Shown: positions 48,492 to 61,600 of the stretch, one piece after another
Numbering within the stretch: position 1 is the stretch's first letter
Layout: each line of letters begins with the position of its first letter
NCBI GenBank assembly: GCA_030141605.1
Contig: JAQGDQ010000386.1
Span: 157,401 to 221,400 of the forward strand
DNA from: Tubiluchus corallicola
Taxonomy: Eukaryota > Animalia > Priapulida
DNA: 64,000 nt
Direction: 5' to 3'
Position numbers and translations under genes: made by a program
Notes under the pieces: model-generated
The model's database searches: none
What the model was told of the DNA's origin: nothing
What the model saw: the letters and a program-made list of their open reading frames with translations, nothing else

Positions 48492-49025
48492 ATATGGGAC
48501 CAGTCCTATGGAACAGACTAAGCCGCAATTCGAAATGTAGTCACTCTCTTTCAACTTTTAAAAAAACCGTCAGAAAAGAAATATTTCAAAAGTATTAAGA
48601 GTAATACAGTTTGATAATGGTAATAACCTGCATTCTTTTTCCACAGTAATCTTAATGTAACGTGATTATGCTCAACAGGTTACTGAACACTTTATAATCA
48701 TGATCACAGTTTTTCTTAGTTCTCGCTCCATTTCATCTTTCATTCACTACTCCCCCCCACTTTTATGTATATATTATCATTATTCATTATTTCAATTATT
48801 AATCATTTTTTAAGATTTCCACGTACAGTTTGGCCTGTCAAGCTATGCTTTCAGGCTCAAACTGTATGCGTCAAAATTATTCTGTAATGTAATTTGCACA
48901 TGTATATGCTGCATTTTGTAATTTCTCGATAATACTGCATTTATTTATATTTGCTTAATTGGATAATTTAATGTATTTTAATGATAATTGTAAGATGCAA
49001 TGTGGAAATGAATAAACTCTTGATC
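48492..49025 (+). mobile_element. Short 3' fragment of an L2/CR1-group LINE (partial paralogous copy at 35546-35939)
   Basis: Reads YMGPVLWNRLS..SLSTFKK (ORF2 C-terminus), then 3' UTR ending AATAAACTCTTGATC; TSD TTGAAAGCT on both sides; empty site near 40763-40771. Confidence 0.75.
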
Positions 49026-49469
49026 TTGAAAGCTGGGCGTATTTCTTAAAATAGATACAAGATGCACGCTGACTCCCAGCTTGTACTAAGTTATAAGAGG
49101 CAAACTCAAAAGTGAAAAGCTCATAGTAAACTGTGTAAACTTGTAGTAGTATCCTCTACTCAGTGGTAGCCTACTTAGTAGGCCATCCGTCCGGTGCCTA
49201 AATCCATTTTTATCGGGGCGAGTAGCAACGTATGTCCTACTAGGCTAATTTTCTACTCAAAAACACTAAGGCGCACACATATGCTTGCACGGGTTTATAA
49301 ATGCTATACCGCCGTTACGCAGGTCTAAATATTTTATTTATTTATTAAATATAGTGTTGTATCAGTAAAAGTAATTTTCAGAGTAACATTGAAACATTTT
49401 GTACATTTTTTCCCGAGATACGCTCTTAAGACTTTTATGAAGGCGCGGAAGTTGATAAAACTCAAGGAA

Positions 49470-49542
49470 GTTTCCGTAGTGTAGTGGTTATCACGTGCGC
49501 CTCACACGCGCAAGGTCCCCGGTTCGATCCCGGGCGGAAACA
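49470..49542 (+). tRNA. trnV: tRNA-Val (anticodon CAC)
   Basis: GTTTCCG acceptor stem pairs with CGGAAAC; anticodon arm TGCGC-CTCACAC-GCGCA; T-arm GGTTCGATCC; 73 nt; TTTT terminator just downstream. Confidence 0.96.
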
Positions 49543-50244
49543 CATTTTGTTTCTTTACGTGTTGCTCTATTTATAATCTAATTTTGTGCACGTCTCGATC
49601 AATCATAAAACTTCATTCTCATGTATTATCTAATGCTGTGTATTATGTAATGTGAATTAATCACAAAACTTCTAGGTCGCTATGGGGAAGCCAAATGCAC
49701 TTCTCTATTGGAGCCAAAAGGTGCGTGTAATCTTTCCGAGCACAAATTATATCAAAGAACAAAATGCAATAATCGAATTTTATACAGAATAGCCTCGATT
49801 ATTAAAATTCCAATTTTCAAGTACGGTAAAAAGCATACATTTTAACACGAAAATGAAAATTGAAATACAGCACTATAGTAAACGTGTGTGGTACTAAAAC
49901 TCGGCAAGTTTTAAGATAAAATTTCAAATTTCAAACCACTGTGCTCACGCAAGAACTGTCGAACATGAACAGTACTTCAAACTAACACATCTGTACTGAG
50001 AGGTGCAACACCTGTGTTTTGTTTGAAGCATTTCCAAAAAGCAGGCGCTAGTGCCCGTCTAACTAGCAAATGGGAAAGCACAGGTAACAGCTAAGAAATA
50101 GTGGCAGGAACATGAAATTGCGTTTGTATGGTATGTTTCCTTTCAATATTTTAAAGAGTTGATTGTTTTGACCTACAGTTTAAGATTGCTTCCGGTTTTG
50201 CTTTAACGAAATTTAAACACGTTTTTCAGTTTTAGAAAATGTTA

Positions 50245-50335
50245 AAAAACAGGAACGCTAAGTTGGTTATGACCAAACTCAGAACCAGTGCTCATAACAT
50301 TGCAATAGAGACGGGGCAATATGAGAGATCACCTC
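50245..50335 (+). mobile_element. Tiny LINE ORF2 C-terminal relic
   Basis: MTKLRTSAHNIAIETGQY resembles the LTxLRxSxHxLxIETGRY motif of non-LTR ORF2 C-termini. Confidence 0.5.
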
Positions 50336-50551
50336 TACATGAAGAAAATACGCAGAGTTTGGGTGCAATGGCATGGGTGCCATTTTTGTGTTACTGTCAC
50401 AAACACGGTGTAGCTGGTAATTTCCTGTTAAACCTTGTAACCCAATGTATTCCTGAGTTTTGTAATTAAACTGATAAAGATCTATTGACATTATTTTAAA
50501 GAGTTGATTGTTTTGACCTACAGTTTAAGAATGCTTCTGGTTTTCTATTAA

Positions 50552-51145
50552 CCCTTATAGGGTCACAGGGGGGTAAAAAATTACCCACAGACCCGTTTTT
50601 TGCATTTTACCCTTTTACCATATGCATCCCAGCAAACCTTTTCTATGACTTTTTCTAAATATGTTTTGTGCACAAAATACTTGTATCACCACGAAATAAA
50701 AGTCAAAATGCATTATGTTGATTTTTTAAAATTGTCGAAACTTTACTTCGCTTGTCTATACATTATACAGGCGATGTATCTGATAAAACAAAATGTCAGA
50801 CATCTGTATGCTAACATAGAACTGGGTAAAGAAGAAAGAAGTAGACAATAAATTCAAAATAACAATGATTTTTGCACACGCGCTGGCAATGTCGGTTGTC
50901 TACAGTTATTCCAGCATAGATAAGGGAACGTAACTAATTAAAATTTCGTATTACTAGCAAGTCACATGTCTTTAAGCAGAGGTATAATGTATCATATGGT
51001 GGTCAGCATAACCACAAATTATGCTGTTGCTGTTTACTAATGAAACACGGCGGTTTATCAAAAGTAATTTACGAATTATGGTGGGGGTAATTTTTTACCC
51101 CCCGGTTACCAAAATCGGTTGTAAAAAATCCTGACACTACAAGGG
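50552..51145. mobile_element. piggyBac-like MITE
   Basis: TTAA|CCCTTATAG...CTACAAGGG|TTAA with subterminal inverted repeats GGGGGTAAAAAATTACCC. Confidence 0.82.
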
Positions 51146-51438
51146 TTAAATACTTTATTAGGACAACCATTATATAAATTTGTGTAACACCCCCATGTTT
51201 GTCCACATGACCAAATTGCATAACATTGTGAAACAGTATGTCACTAGTTAGCCAAGATGCATAGCTCATTTAAAAAGCACTGTATTTTAGATTCAGAAGA
51301 CGTACATGTTTTACATACCCAAACGATTAAAAATTATAACAAACTTCTTTCCATCTAATAAGCATAAAGCTTTAAACTCAGGAGTAAAAGAGGATCTGTT
51401 AAACTATGTTAAAAGCGTTAGATTATGATAGATAATTA

Positions 51439-51707
51439 TGCTGATGAATGCTGGCATGAAGTACAGTTAAGGTGTGGTGTCATGTGAGCAAGTGATTCAG
51501 AACCGAAGCGTAGGCGTCGAAGCTCGGCGCACGATATATAAGCCTTGTGATGCGCCCAGCTTAGGGGATTGAGTCTGGGAGCTGAAGGAGAGCAAGCTAG
51601 ATCAGGGGGCTTGGCATTACTATCTGTTATATTTATTGGGTTTTATGTTCAATAAACGTGCAGTTTTATAATTTGACTCTTAATAGTTTTGCCATCCCTA
51701 AAACACA
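51439..51707 (+). mobile_element. Possible solo LTR
   Basis: TG...CA ends, internal TATATAA and AATAAA in LTR order, near-TSD AATTA/AATAA, GC content above the flanks. Confidence 0.45.
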
Positions 51708-52631
51708 AATAATCAGCTTTACACAACCAATACAACAAATTATTTTACTTCAGGTACCATTTATTTTGTACAAACTTTTGCCAGATCAATCAAACACATA
51801 AACTTATTTGCCTTAAATACATAATATATACATATATGGAAGACACATTAAACTATTACGACCTACATATCGGTTTTGATTTATAGTGAGATGCAGTGCT
51901 ATTCTAGAAGTATACGGAGTACAAAAAACTACAAGTTTGAAAGCTCTGTTTGGGAGACTAGAAACGACATTAACTTTTTCTAATAGGCCTGATGACAAAG
52001 TGGAAACTATGTAGACATGCATATACTGAACCACATACACATACACATACGTGATTACTTACACGTTGTTAATTTCATTGCTATAATATTTTATGGACAT
52101 TGTTCTAACATATTATTGATGTACTTTACAGGAACTATAATTCTATATACACGCATAAACTTACATCGTAGTAATAGATCACATATTACTCAGGAGAATT
52201 GCAAGTATGATAAACAAGATTCAAACTTCCAAGACGAGGATATAGATTAACATTCACTTTTCAACATTATCACAGTTATTTAATTACGCACAAGAACCAT
52301 TTTCAGATCAGATGGTATTTGTAAAGGATATGTTTTATACAGGGGCGTATCAAGACTTTACGACACCCTAGACTGACAGTTCTGTCCCTCCATCTCTCTT
52401 GTGAATTTATTTTTGTTTATGTAATGAGCAGATTAAACAATTACTTGCGGTGTTTCCACATGGTCACTATTAATTACATGTATTTGTATAGCCCTTGCTT
52501 GTTGTATAATACCTTGCACCTATTCGTTATGTGGCACTTATATAAAAGCTGAGCTCAGTAACTGCCTGTGGTGTGCTATAAAATGCGCCCTTTACAATAT
52601 GAAAATATGAGATGAAATGAGCAGTTCACGA

Positions 52632-55600
52632 CTACAAGTGTTGACGCACTTCCGTAAGGTCGACGCGGTAGTCGAATATGGGGTCGTGAATCGGTCCAAC
52701 GATCTTGCACGATGGTCCCGAGCAGATACTATGTCTGATAAGCCGATCGTTCAGCTGCGCTAGAATCCTCTTGTCAATTGTGTCGATGGCATTATCTAGT
52801 TGATTAGGATCCTTGGACAAATCATAAACCTCCACGAACTCCTACATCGTGTGAAAGATTACAATATTCTATTAGAACTGTAAAACGCAGGGATGAGAAT
52901 GACAAATTGTAAAAAAACTCTGAAACAGGCCGGGGGTTTGGGGGCTGCATAGGCTCCCATGGGGGTTCAAGGGTAGCCAGCAACAAATTGCAATTTTGTG
53001 ACCATAGAGAACCTCTAAAGTGGACTTAAAATATCAATTACCTTGTTTCATGCATAATTTAAAATACCCAACTATCAAGGATACATGATACCTAATTGTC
53101 TCAAAAACGCATAAGTACTGGCCACTCCTATGCAAAAGTATATAAAAACTGTCTGCAATTGACTCAAATAACTCCGCACAATTGATTCCATATTTTTATA
53201 CATAGAGATATACACGTGGTTACACTGACGTACGTGATGTAAACAAAGTGACGGCCTGTCACCTAGCGGTCAGCTTGTGAAATAATGTACTGGGTCCATA
53301 AAAATTCTCTCATCGAATTTACGCGATTTACAAAAATGGCACTACTAGTCTTCCAAAAACTCGGAATCCATGGAAAATTCTCATCCCTGAAAACGTAATT
53401 GAATGCTACGTTTCAACTGTGTATTGAATTTATTGTGTAGCTAAACAAAGCCTAGATACACTTTAATTTTTCATTTTGTTGCTTGCGTGTCCTATTAATG
53501 AAAAATGTGTCTGAACAATGTGGTTTTATTAACGAAATTTTCTTAAAAATAGTTTCTACCGGGATAATTCCAGACCGAGCCTAAATGGATTTAAAATGCA
53601 GCTGACTTATCATCCGTGGTTTTATTAAACGCCACATTGGTTTTATTAACGAAATTTTCTTAACAATAGTTTTTACCGGGATAATTCCAGACCGAGCCTA
53701 AATGGATTTAAAATATGGCTGACTTATTATCCGTGGTTTTATTAAACGCCACATTGGTTTTATTAACGAAATTTTCTTAACAATAGTTTCTACCGGGATA
53801 ATTCCAGACCGAGCCTAAATGGATTTAAAATGCAGCTGACTTATTATCCGTGGTTTTATTAAGCGGCAACGACTGTATCAACTAAATATTTATCTCAATA
53901 TTTTTTCCAGTTCATTTTATAGCTGAAAAATGTATATAAAAAGAAAAGGCACTTTTAAAGTTTCGTAGCGCGCCTGCACAGTTGCTGAAGGTCAAAGGTT
54001 AAATGTGCCATGGCAATGCATCCTAACTACAGCCGTCACGAGACATGTGGGTCAAACAAAGCCGTCTGCAGCATCAGTTCAGCAACTTTAGTTGTTTTAC
54101 ATGGACTCTACTTAATTATGCATTAGTCTGTGCATAGAGTGAATTACTAGCAGGATCTTGGTTGGGAACATGAAAATATGAACTAGGTAAGGTTCTAGCT
54201 GGCTGTTAAAATACGTTAAAACTGTTATTATTATAGTAGCACGGGGCTGTGAGGCATTGTCAAGTGTACACAAATGCATTGTCTGGTACACGTAACCTTT
54301 GACCTTTTCACAATTATCATCAATTGCTGGAACTGTGAAAAGGCTTATTGTTCTGCAACAAAGTTGATGTGAAAAAATGATGTGAAAAGAATTGTTCACT
54401 GCACCTCAGCATCGTCAAACAAACAGTAGACTAGATTGTACTTGTCATCTAAGTATCTCACACAAACGTAGGTGTTATTCCTAGCATCATCACAGTAACA
54501 TTTGTAGCATTCCTAGAAAAAAGTACCAGTTCAGATAACAATGATATCATACATAGATACACTGCAAACTGGAATTCACCGCTTAAAGGACAAGAAAAGG
54601 GGTGCCTGAAGTAGGTTTCAGAAAACAAAACAGTTATATCCAAAACAATTATCTAATCTTGCAAGATATCTACTTATGTACAAAATTCTGCCACATTTCC
54701 AGGAAATCTTCACTGAGTAACTGAATTTTTCTCCTAGATTTTGAACATTTTGACGTATCGTGTCACTTTTACTGACACACAAGGCAAATGTGTCACGCTG
54801 TCAGGAAATCTTGCTATAGTTGTCTAATCCAGTATATTTCACTTAATGAATCTGCCTTAGTGCAAAGCTGAATGGACTTATTAAGCATCTGGATTTATAC
54901 GCCAAAGAGACTTATTAATGCAGCATCTTCTACACTAAAGGACAAGAAAGGGGGTGCCTGAAGTAGGTTTCAGAAAAATTGCCTTAAAAATTATATTACT
55001 TTACAAGAATTTTGTGTATATAACTTACTCGTGTTGAAAGGAAGTTATAAACTATAAATCAAGGGAAGAAAAGGCAATGTTAAATCACGCCCCAAAAAAC
55101 TTACCTTTCAAAAATCTATATTACTTAGTATTTCATTTCGCTTACCTGCTTGAAAGATTTATGTAACTAGAAATAATAATTTAAATGTCGCTGGTTCACC
55201 CTCCAGGGTGCGCCACTCACTAGCCAAAAATGTATTTTTAACCTCATTGACAAGATACAGTAATGTAATATATTACTTAGTTAGTTTTATGTAGTTTTAA
55301 CTATGCAGACTTGTGGACGGTGTTGGTTTGCAAGCACACGTTGCACGAGGAGAAATATGAACTCATATCAAAAGAAACTATGCCAACTTACTGAAACTCC
55401 ACCTCCGTCATATTGTGGACAACCTGGTACTGGATTCATGCTCCACTCTCCAGAATACTCCACTAGCACATCCGTCCTCCAGTCGTCCTCCGCACCTTGC
55501 AGCAGGCGCTCGAAAGACATGCCGTCCATGTCGGACGGAGCGGCAGCACCCGTTAAGTTGACTAGGGTCGGTGCAAGGTCAATTGTTGCCAAAACTTTCT

Positions 55601-58600
55601 GAACAAGTAGAAAGAATTATGTTGCTTTGTTCCGCTAATAATACATGTTATTATTCCATGCTGCACTAATAATACGCTATTATTCCATGCTGCACTAATA
55701 ATACATGTTATTATTCCATGCTGCACTAATAATACATGTTATTATTCCATGTTGCACTAATAATACATGTTATTATTTAATGCTGCACTAATAATACATG
55801 TTATTATTCCATGCTGCACTATGAATACATGTTACTATTCTGTGCTGCACTAATAATACATGTTATTATTCTGTACTGCACTAATAATACATGTTATTAT
55901 TCCGTGCTGCACTAATAATACATGTTATTATTCCATGCCAGAAAATTCTCATCCCTGTAGTGTGCTAAACAAATGTATCTAGCAAACATTAACTACTATT
56001 CGTTTGACACTTGTAAGTAGGGCTGAGCTTTCTCAACCAGAAAGAAAATTTTAATCGAATCAAATTTGTGACCCTCGAATTCGAAATGAACTGAACTTCA
56101 GTATTTCAAATTCGAATTGAAATTGAAAGATTTTCCAATAAATTTTCGAACTGCCAGCAAAAATTAGTTTTACAAAAATCATGCGTATTACTGCATATTG
56201 TTTTGCAATAAAACCACTAATAATTTGTTTAAAAACTGTGCACAGAACTGAAGCTAATTGTAAACAGAACAGAACAGAAAAAACATTTGTGACTGAAGTG
56301 CTGAATTATGTATAGTTTTAGGTTCGAATCGAATTCGAACTAAAAAACTCTTTCGAATTGAATTCGAACGTTCTACGCTCACACCTACTTATATTGATTA
56401 GGAAAGTATCTTATAAGTAGGGGCGAGCGTAGAAAGTTCGAATTCGATTCAGGCCAGTTTTTTTTAGTTCGAATTTGGTTCGAACCTAAAACTATAAATT
56501 TGAATAATTCAGTACTTCAGTCACATATGTTTTGTTATCATTAAAACATCTGAAACATCATGCAATTAGCACAATTTAGTTCTGTTCAGTCACAAATTTG
56601 ATTAACATCAATACTTATGAGCCACATACGTTGCTTTTCACTCATCTCATATACTGAAAGCGTAAAGTACCTCTGACACAACTCCCTGCTTGATTCCTGG
56701 CCCACGCACCATTAAAGGCACTCTGATGTCAAACTCATAAAGTTGACGTTTATCGTACGGTAAACAAAATTGCCCTGAAATTAAAACCAACAGATCAAAG
56801 GACAGACTAAGTAGCAAAACTATTAGAACGGTTAATAATAACATTAAAGAATGAGAATGTCAGAATGCTCATAAACAATTGCTGTTTATTTTACAACAGT
56901 TATTACGCATTGCAGGTAAAGAGTTGAAGAAAGAAAGGAGATGCAGAAAAACTGTTGACTAGTCGGGAGTTGAACCAGCGACCTGGGCATAGTACTAGCT
57001 GAGCTACTAGTTCAACATGACAGAGCAGGCTCGAGATTTCCTCGTAACACATTCCAACAGCGCCACCTGTATCCACGACACAGTAGGGGATACTTGTGGC
57101 ATCAACTTTTTCCAAATTAACTTGCAATTAACAACATTGTTAATTAGACTATGACTGTGAACGACAGAAATAATAATAATGAATTGATAATATTCATAAC
57201 AGAATATATAAATTTATAAAATTAATATTAAAATTACAACAATCAGCGAAAAAATGTTAAAATTTTGCCAAAAACCCTTTCCCACAACCTTTGTACACAG
57301 CGCGGGTGTCGAATTTAATGAAAATGTAATTACTACTAAAATGATAAACCCCACAGTTATATGATTCTCAAAAAAGTGTGTTAAAGTTTTTCAAGTTCGA
57401 ACGGTAAAAAATACATATTTAAAGCAAAAGTCACTTGACTGGGTCAGAATTTTTCATTTACGTTACTGGAACAAAATTAGGGATTGAAAACGTAAAGTTT
57501 AATTAGTTAAGTAATTATTTTTCTATTTGGTCATTTTACCACGCCCACAAATGGAGGAGAAGGAACATGAGAATGTCAAAATATGTTTTATTGGATCAAA
57601 ATTATGTTTAAATTATTCAAATAGTTTTAGTTAAATTGCACTAAACGAACTATTCGTAGCTGCTGTTTGAATTATCTGTAACTTCTGTTGATTTACCGCT
57701 TAAAGCAAAAGTCAAATCTCTCGGGAAGTTGAGCTCATTCTAATATTTGAGAAAAATGTTAGAAAGCTTCAGCAATAAAATTGTTACAAGTGCCTCTTGT
57801 AATTAAGAATTTCAATTTAAAATCGCGATCACTTCACGCATGGGCGCGGCTCATTTTGGTGAAAAATGGCATCATCTGGTTACTGTGCAATATAAACTCT
57901 TATTCTGCCAAGTGCTTAAGCAATCTTTGTCTTATAGAGCGAACTCTATAAACTAAGTAACCCACCCAGTACCTACTGTATGCTCACAAGTTTGTGTACC
58001 TGAAGGTCAACAAAAATCCATAAATTGATTACATTTATGCAATTAATGTATACTACTTACACATTTTACGGTATAATCCTGTGGGTTAAAACTGTGTAAC
58101 CACTTTAATCTTGGTCATAATTGATCAAATGACTAATTTTTACATAAACACAGTTGAACACATACCTAAATGATAACCGTTGTCGCTGGTAAAGAAAATG
58201 TACGTGTTGTCTACCAACTTTTTCTTCTCCAGATACGTGATAACTGCTTCTACCATGTCGTCCACGGATATCAAAGTACGCCACCTGTTGAAAGAAATTG
58301 AAAACTAGGAAATGTAACTATGTGTTAAACGCCTGGCACTGCAATATTATCAAATCAAAAGTTAGTATTCTCTAGACATTTTCTTGAATATAAAAGTCCA
58401 ATACATTTAGCATTTGTTTTCATAAAAAACGAAAAAATTGTGACATTTGACCAAATTTTTGATACATTCTACTTTGAAGCATCATAACATAGTTTTAACT
58501 ATGCCAACTTATGGACGATTTTATTTTGCAAGCATACACTTGTTTTCTATGTTCATTTGTTTATAATATTTATACATATCTTTTATTTTTCTATTGGTGA

Positions 58601-61600
58601 AAGAGTGAGCGTTAAATTAATTAGTGAGATTGTATATAAATATTATTAGCTACGGCCAAATCACATTGAAAACACGGGTTCTCGTTTGATCACCGAAGTT
58701 AAGCAACGTAGAGCCTGGTTAGCACTTGGATGGGTGACCGACTAGGAATGCATCATAACGTAGTTTTAACTATGCAGACTTGTGGACGGTTTTGCTTTGC
58801 AAGTACGCATATAAAAATTTAAAAAACTTACCGTCGAAATTGCCACGCCTAACGGTCATCGTGGGAGTTTAAAGTTTCAAGTTTTATAAAACGTTGCTGC
58901 TAACACAAACTCTGTGTGCAATAAGGCAATATGTAAGTTGCACACAATTTTAAGACTAATGTATTTACCTTTACGTAACAAAACATTCATGCTAAAAAAG
59001 AAGGGTGTGATAAAATATTTATGACTATATGTGTAGCTACTACGGCCAAATCACGTTGAAAACACCGGTTCTCGTCTGATCACCGAAGTTAAGCAACGTA
59101 GATCCTGGTTAGTACTTGGATGGGTGACTGCCTAGGAATACCAGGTGCTGTAGGCTTGCAGGATGCCCATGCTGTATCTCGACACTAGGCGGAGGAGCTG
59201 AACAAGCAGCCCAAGGCTAGAGGGCGTAGGAGGTCAAGGGACCCAACGGCCATGTGTAGAGGAGTAAACCTTCCAAATCAGGAATGGAGCCCAGAAGGCG
59301 TACCAGTGCAGCATGCTCACTGACTCCGGCACCTCCTGCAGCCAACCTGGTGCCAAACGTATCGCTCCGCTTTCCTTTGGACTACATCAGGGAGGAAGAG
59401 CGGGGTTCCTGTTGTCTGGGCAACTCAGGATCTCCATACACCTTGCCCAGGCGTGCGCCCTGGAGAGGCCATTCCAGTGGTTCAAGGATCGGACTGCTCA
59501 ACCACAGTCGACGCTGCAGCTCCATCAATGTGATCAATAACTGACTCTCTTGGCGCACACTCCATTGTCTTCCGACACAGAAGGATGCCAACAAGATATG
59601 TGTAGCTATGATGTTTTATGCATTTTTCATGTGTAGATTTGGACTAGAATCGTTATATAAACTGGGCTTCCTCGGAAAACTAAGTTTCAACAAACGAAAA
59701 GTTTGCACATTTGCCATTAATACGTATCTATTCGTCATGAATATATAAACAGCCAATTTTCGAACTTACAGCACTCTCTATCAAAAAAGGCCTAAAAAAC
59801 TGGCCTTCAGCCCATGATGCTTTATTGGTTACACGATGCTCAATGATGCAATAAAAATAACTCACGTACATTAAAGGAAAACCGAATGATTGTGTAAACA
59901 CGAGTTCAGAATAAAGAATGCTCTAAAATATTGAAAATTACAATAGCTTATTTTAAATCAAAACTTAGATTAAATAATAATTACCTCGGATACTCAAATT
60001 TCGTTAAACTTTCAAAGCTATGTGCGGTTCAGTGAATCTACTAAGATTGGCAGTGGCACCTTTTTTCTCACGTTCGCGTGGCTGACAAACAGAAGGTTGG
60101 TACAGTGATAACTACGCTCATGAACTGCAGTGTTAGTTTCTGAAGTCATATGATGTAGAGCCCATTTTTTGTGATATCATGTGTTTAAGCAGTACTGTTA
60201 TACCTATGCAAATGTGCTTGACGCGCAAGGAAAGATGCCCGCCACTGCACAAACTGTGGTTAGTTTGTGACATAAGCGATAGCTGTGTTAGGTTGCCGTT
60301 AATTAACTTTCTAAGGTAATTATTCAAATATAAGGAACAATTGTTAACCTTTATAGGCAAGAAATTGTATGTTTAAGACAGTACATGAAAATGAGATTGA
60401 GTCTAAACAATCGTCCAGCCTTCCTTTAATGACAGTCATTACGCGAGGCAGGTGAGCATACACAACATGGCAAGTTCGATCCAGCTTACGAAATTATTTG
60501 CAACTACAAACAAATTTACGGACTTACCTGTTTCTAAAGAAATCATCGATCACATCTGTTGTTTCATTGTCTAAGCTTCCGGGATTTGGAGGGTTTCTCA
60601 GTAACCAATGCTTATCCTGCAAGTGAAAACGTAACAGTCGTAAAACGCAGTTCTGATCGAAAGACGATAATTGACGTTAAAGATGTATTTTGTAATTTAA
60701 TTTAAAAGCAACTTAAGAAATGGCGAAACCAATGTCCATACGTAATCCACGCATTCAAAATCCTCATCTGTGTTTGATAATTGATTTGAACTCCTTTCTA
60801 TTTCAATTCTCTTCTCTTTTTCTCTATCCTTGTCTATTATTTTATCTTATCTATCTATCAATCTTTTATATCATCTCATATATGAGCTTCATTCATTACA
60901 CCATTCCATTCTGAAGCACTAATGTTTTCTTTATCATACGATTCACTTCAATTTTTTAGATTATTTTCATTACTTTATTTTCTTTCACAGTGTGGGACAA
61001 TCTAACAAGCCCTGCTTTTTGATTGCCCGCAACACATTTACATTTGTATATATAGCAAACCTAAACTGTGGTATATCTAAACTAGTTATGTGCTCAGAGT
61101 AAACTGTATACGAATTTACTAAGCAACATACAACAACGATAATTCTCTTGTTCATCTTTCAACCCCATAGTGTTTTGAGAGTCAAGTTAGTATATTTGTA
61201 ATGATGCTGTACATAACGTTGTTTAGACACCAGTATTAAAGGAAGTAGCGATATCACTATCTTTGTTTACCATAGGTTGACCTACGTCTAAAGACAGTTT
61301 AAATCTTTTTCCTAAATTTGCTTCCTATTATGTATCTTACTGTTTGTTATTCATTGAATTATTGATAACTTTTGTTTCTTTTAATGTATTTACTGTGTAT
61401 TTGTGTCGATGTGATATAAATAAGCAACAATAAACAACAATTTGTTTTTGTAAATAGTTTTACTAGTGAAAAAAATTATGTTTTGCCTAGAATTCAACAT
61501 GAGAAAGCCCCCAAGCACATTTTTTAAAATTAGAGCCGTTTCAACAATCATTGCTTTATTTGCCGTCTTTCTTGAAATGAGCGTGCGTTTACGCAACTCA

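Larger units (their letters stand above)
30704..49317. repeat. Tandem segmental duplication, three ~5.2-kb units: A 30704-35939, B 35940-41080, C 44126-49317
   Basis: Each unit starts TTCACACAAATTAAAAAT and is highly similar through the LDLa gene. Additional paralogous blocks: 26393-27038 with 42468-43107, and 30585-30703 with 43624-43734. Confidence 0.93.

Noticed and set aside
51988-52020. CTGATGA...GAAAC hammerhead-like core
   Set aside because: No adequate stem II and no NUH cleavage triplet after stem III.
59160-59470. HDV-like or hammerhead ribozyme in the SINE body (some RTE 5' ends carry HDV-like ribozymes)
   Set aside because: Only a GGCACC/GGTGCC hairpin is evident and I could not build the nested pseudoknot or a CUGAUGA/GAAA core by eye; a descriptor or covariance search would be needed.
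59284-59544. Recurrent [14 protein letters not shown]... ORF (also 16894 and 61968)
   Set aside because: Translation of the SINE body; the frame is not conserved between copies. Only the final [12 protein letters not shown] part reflects LINE coding ancestry.
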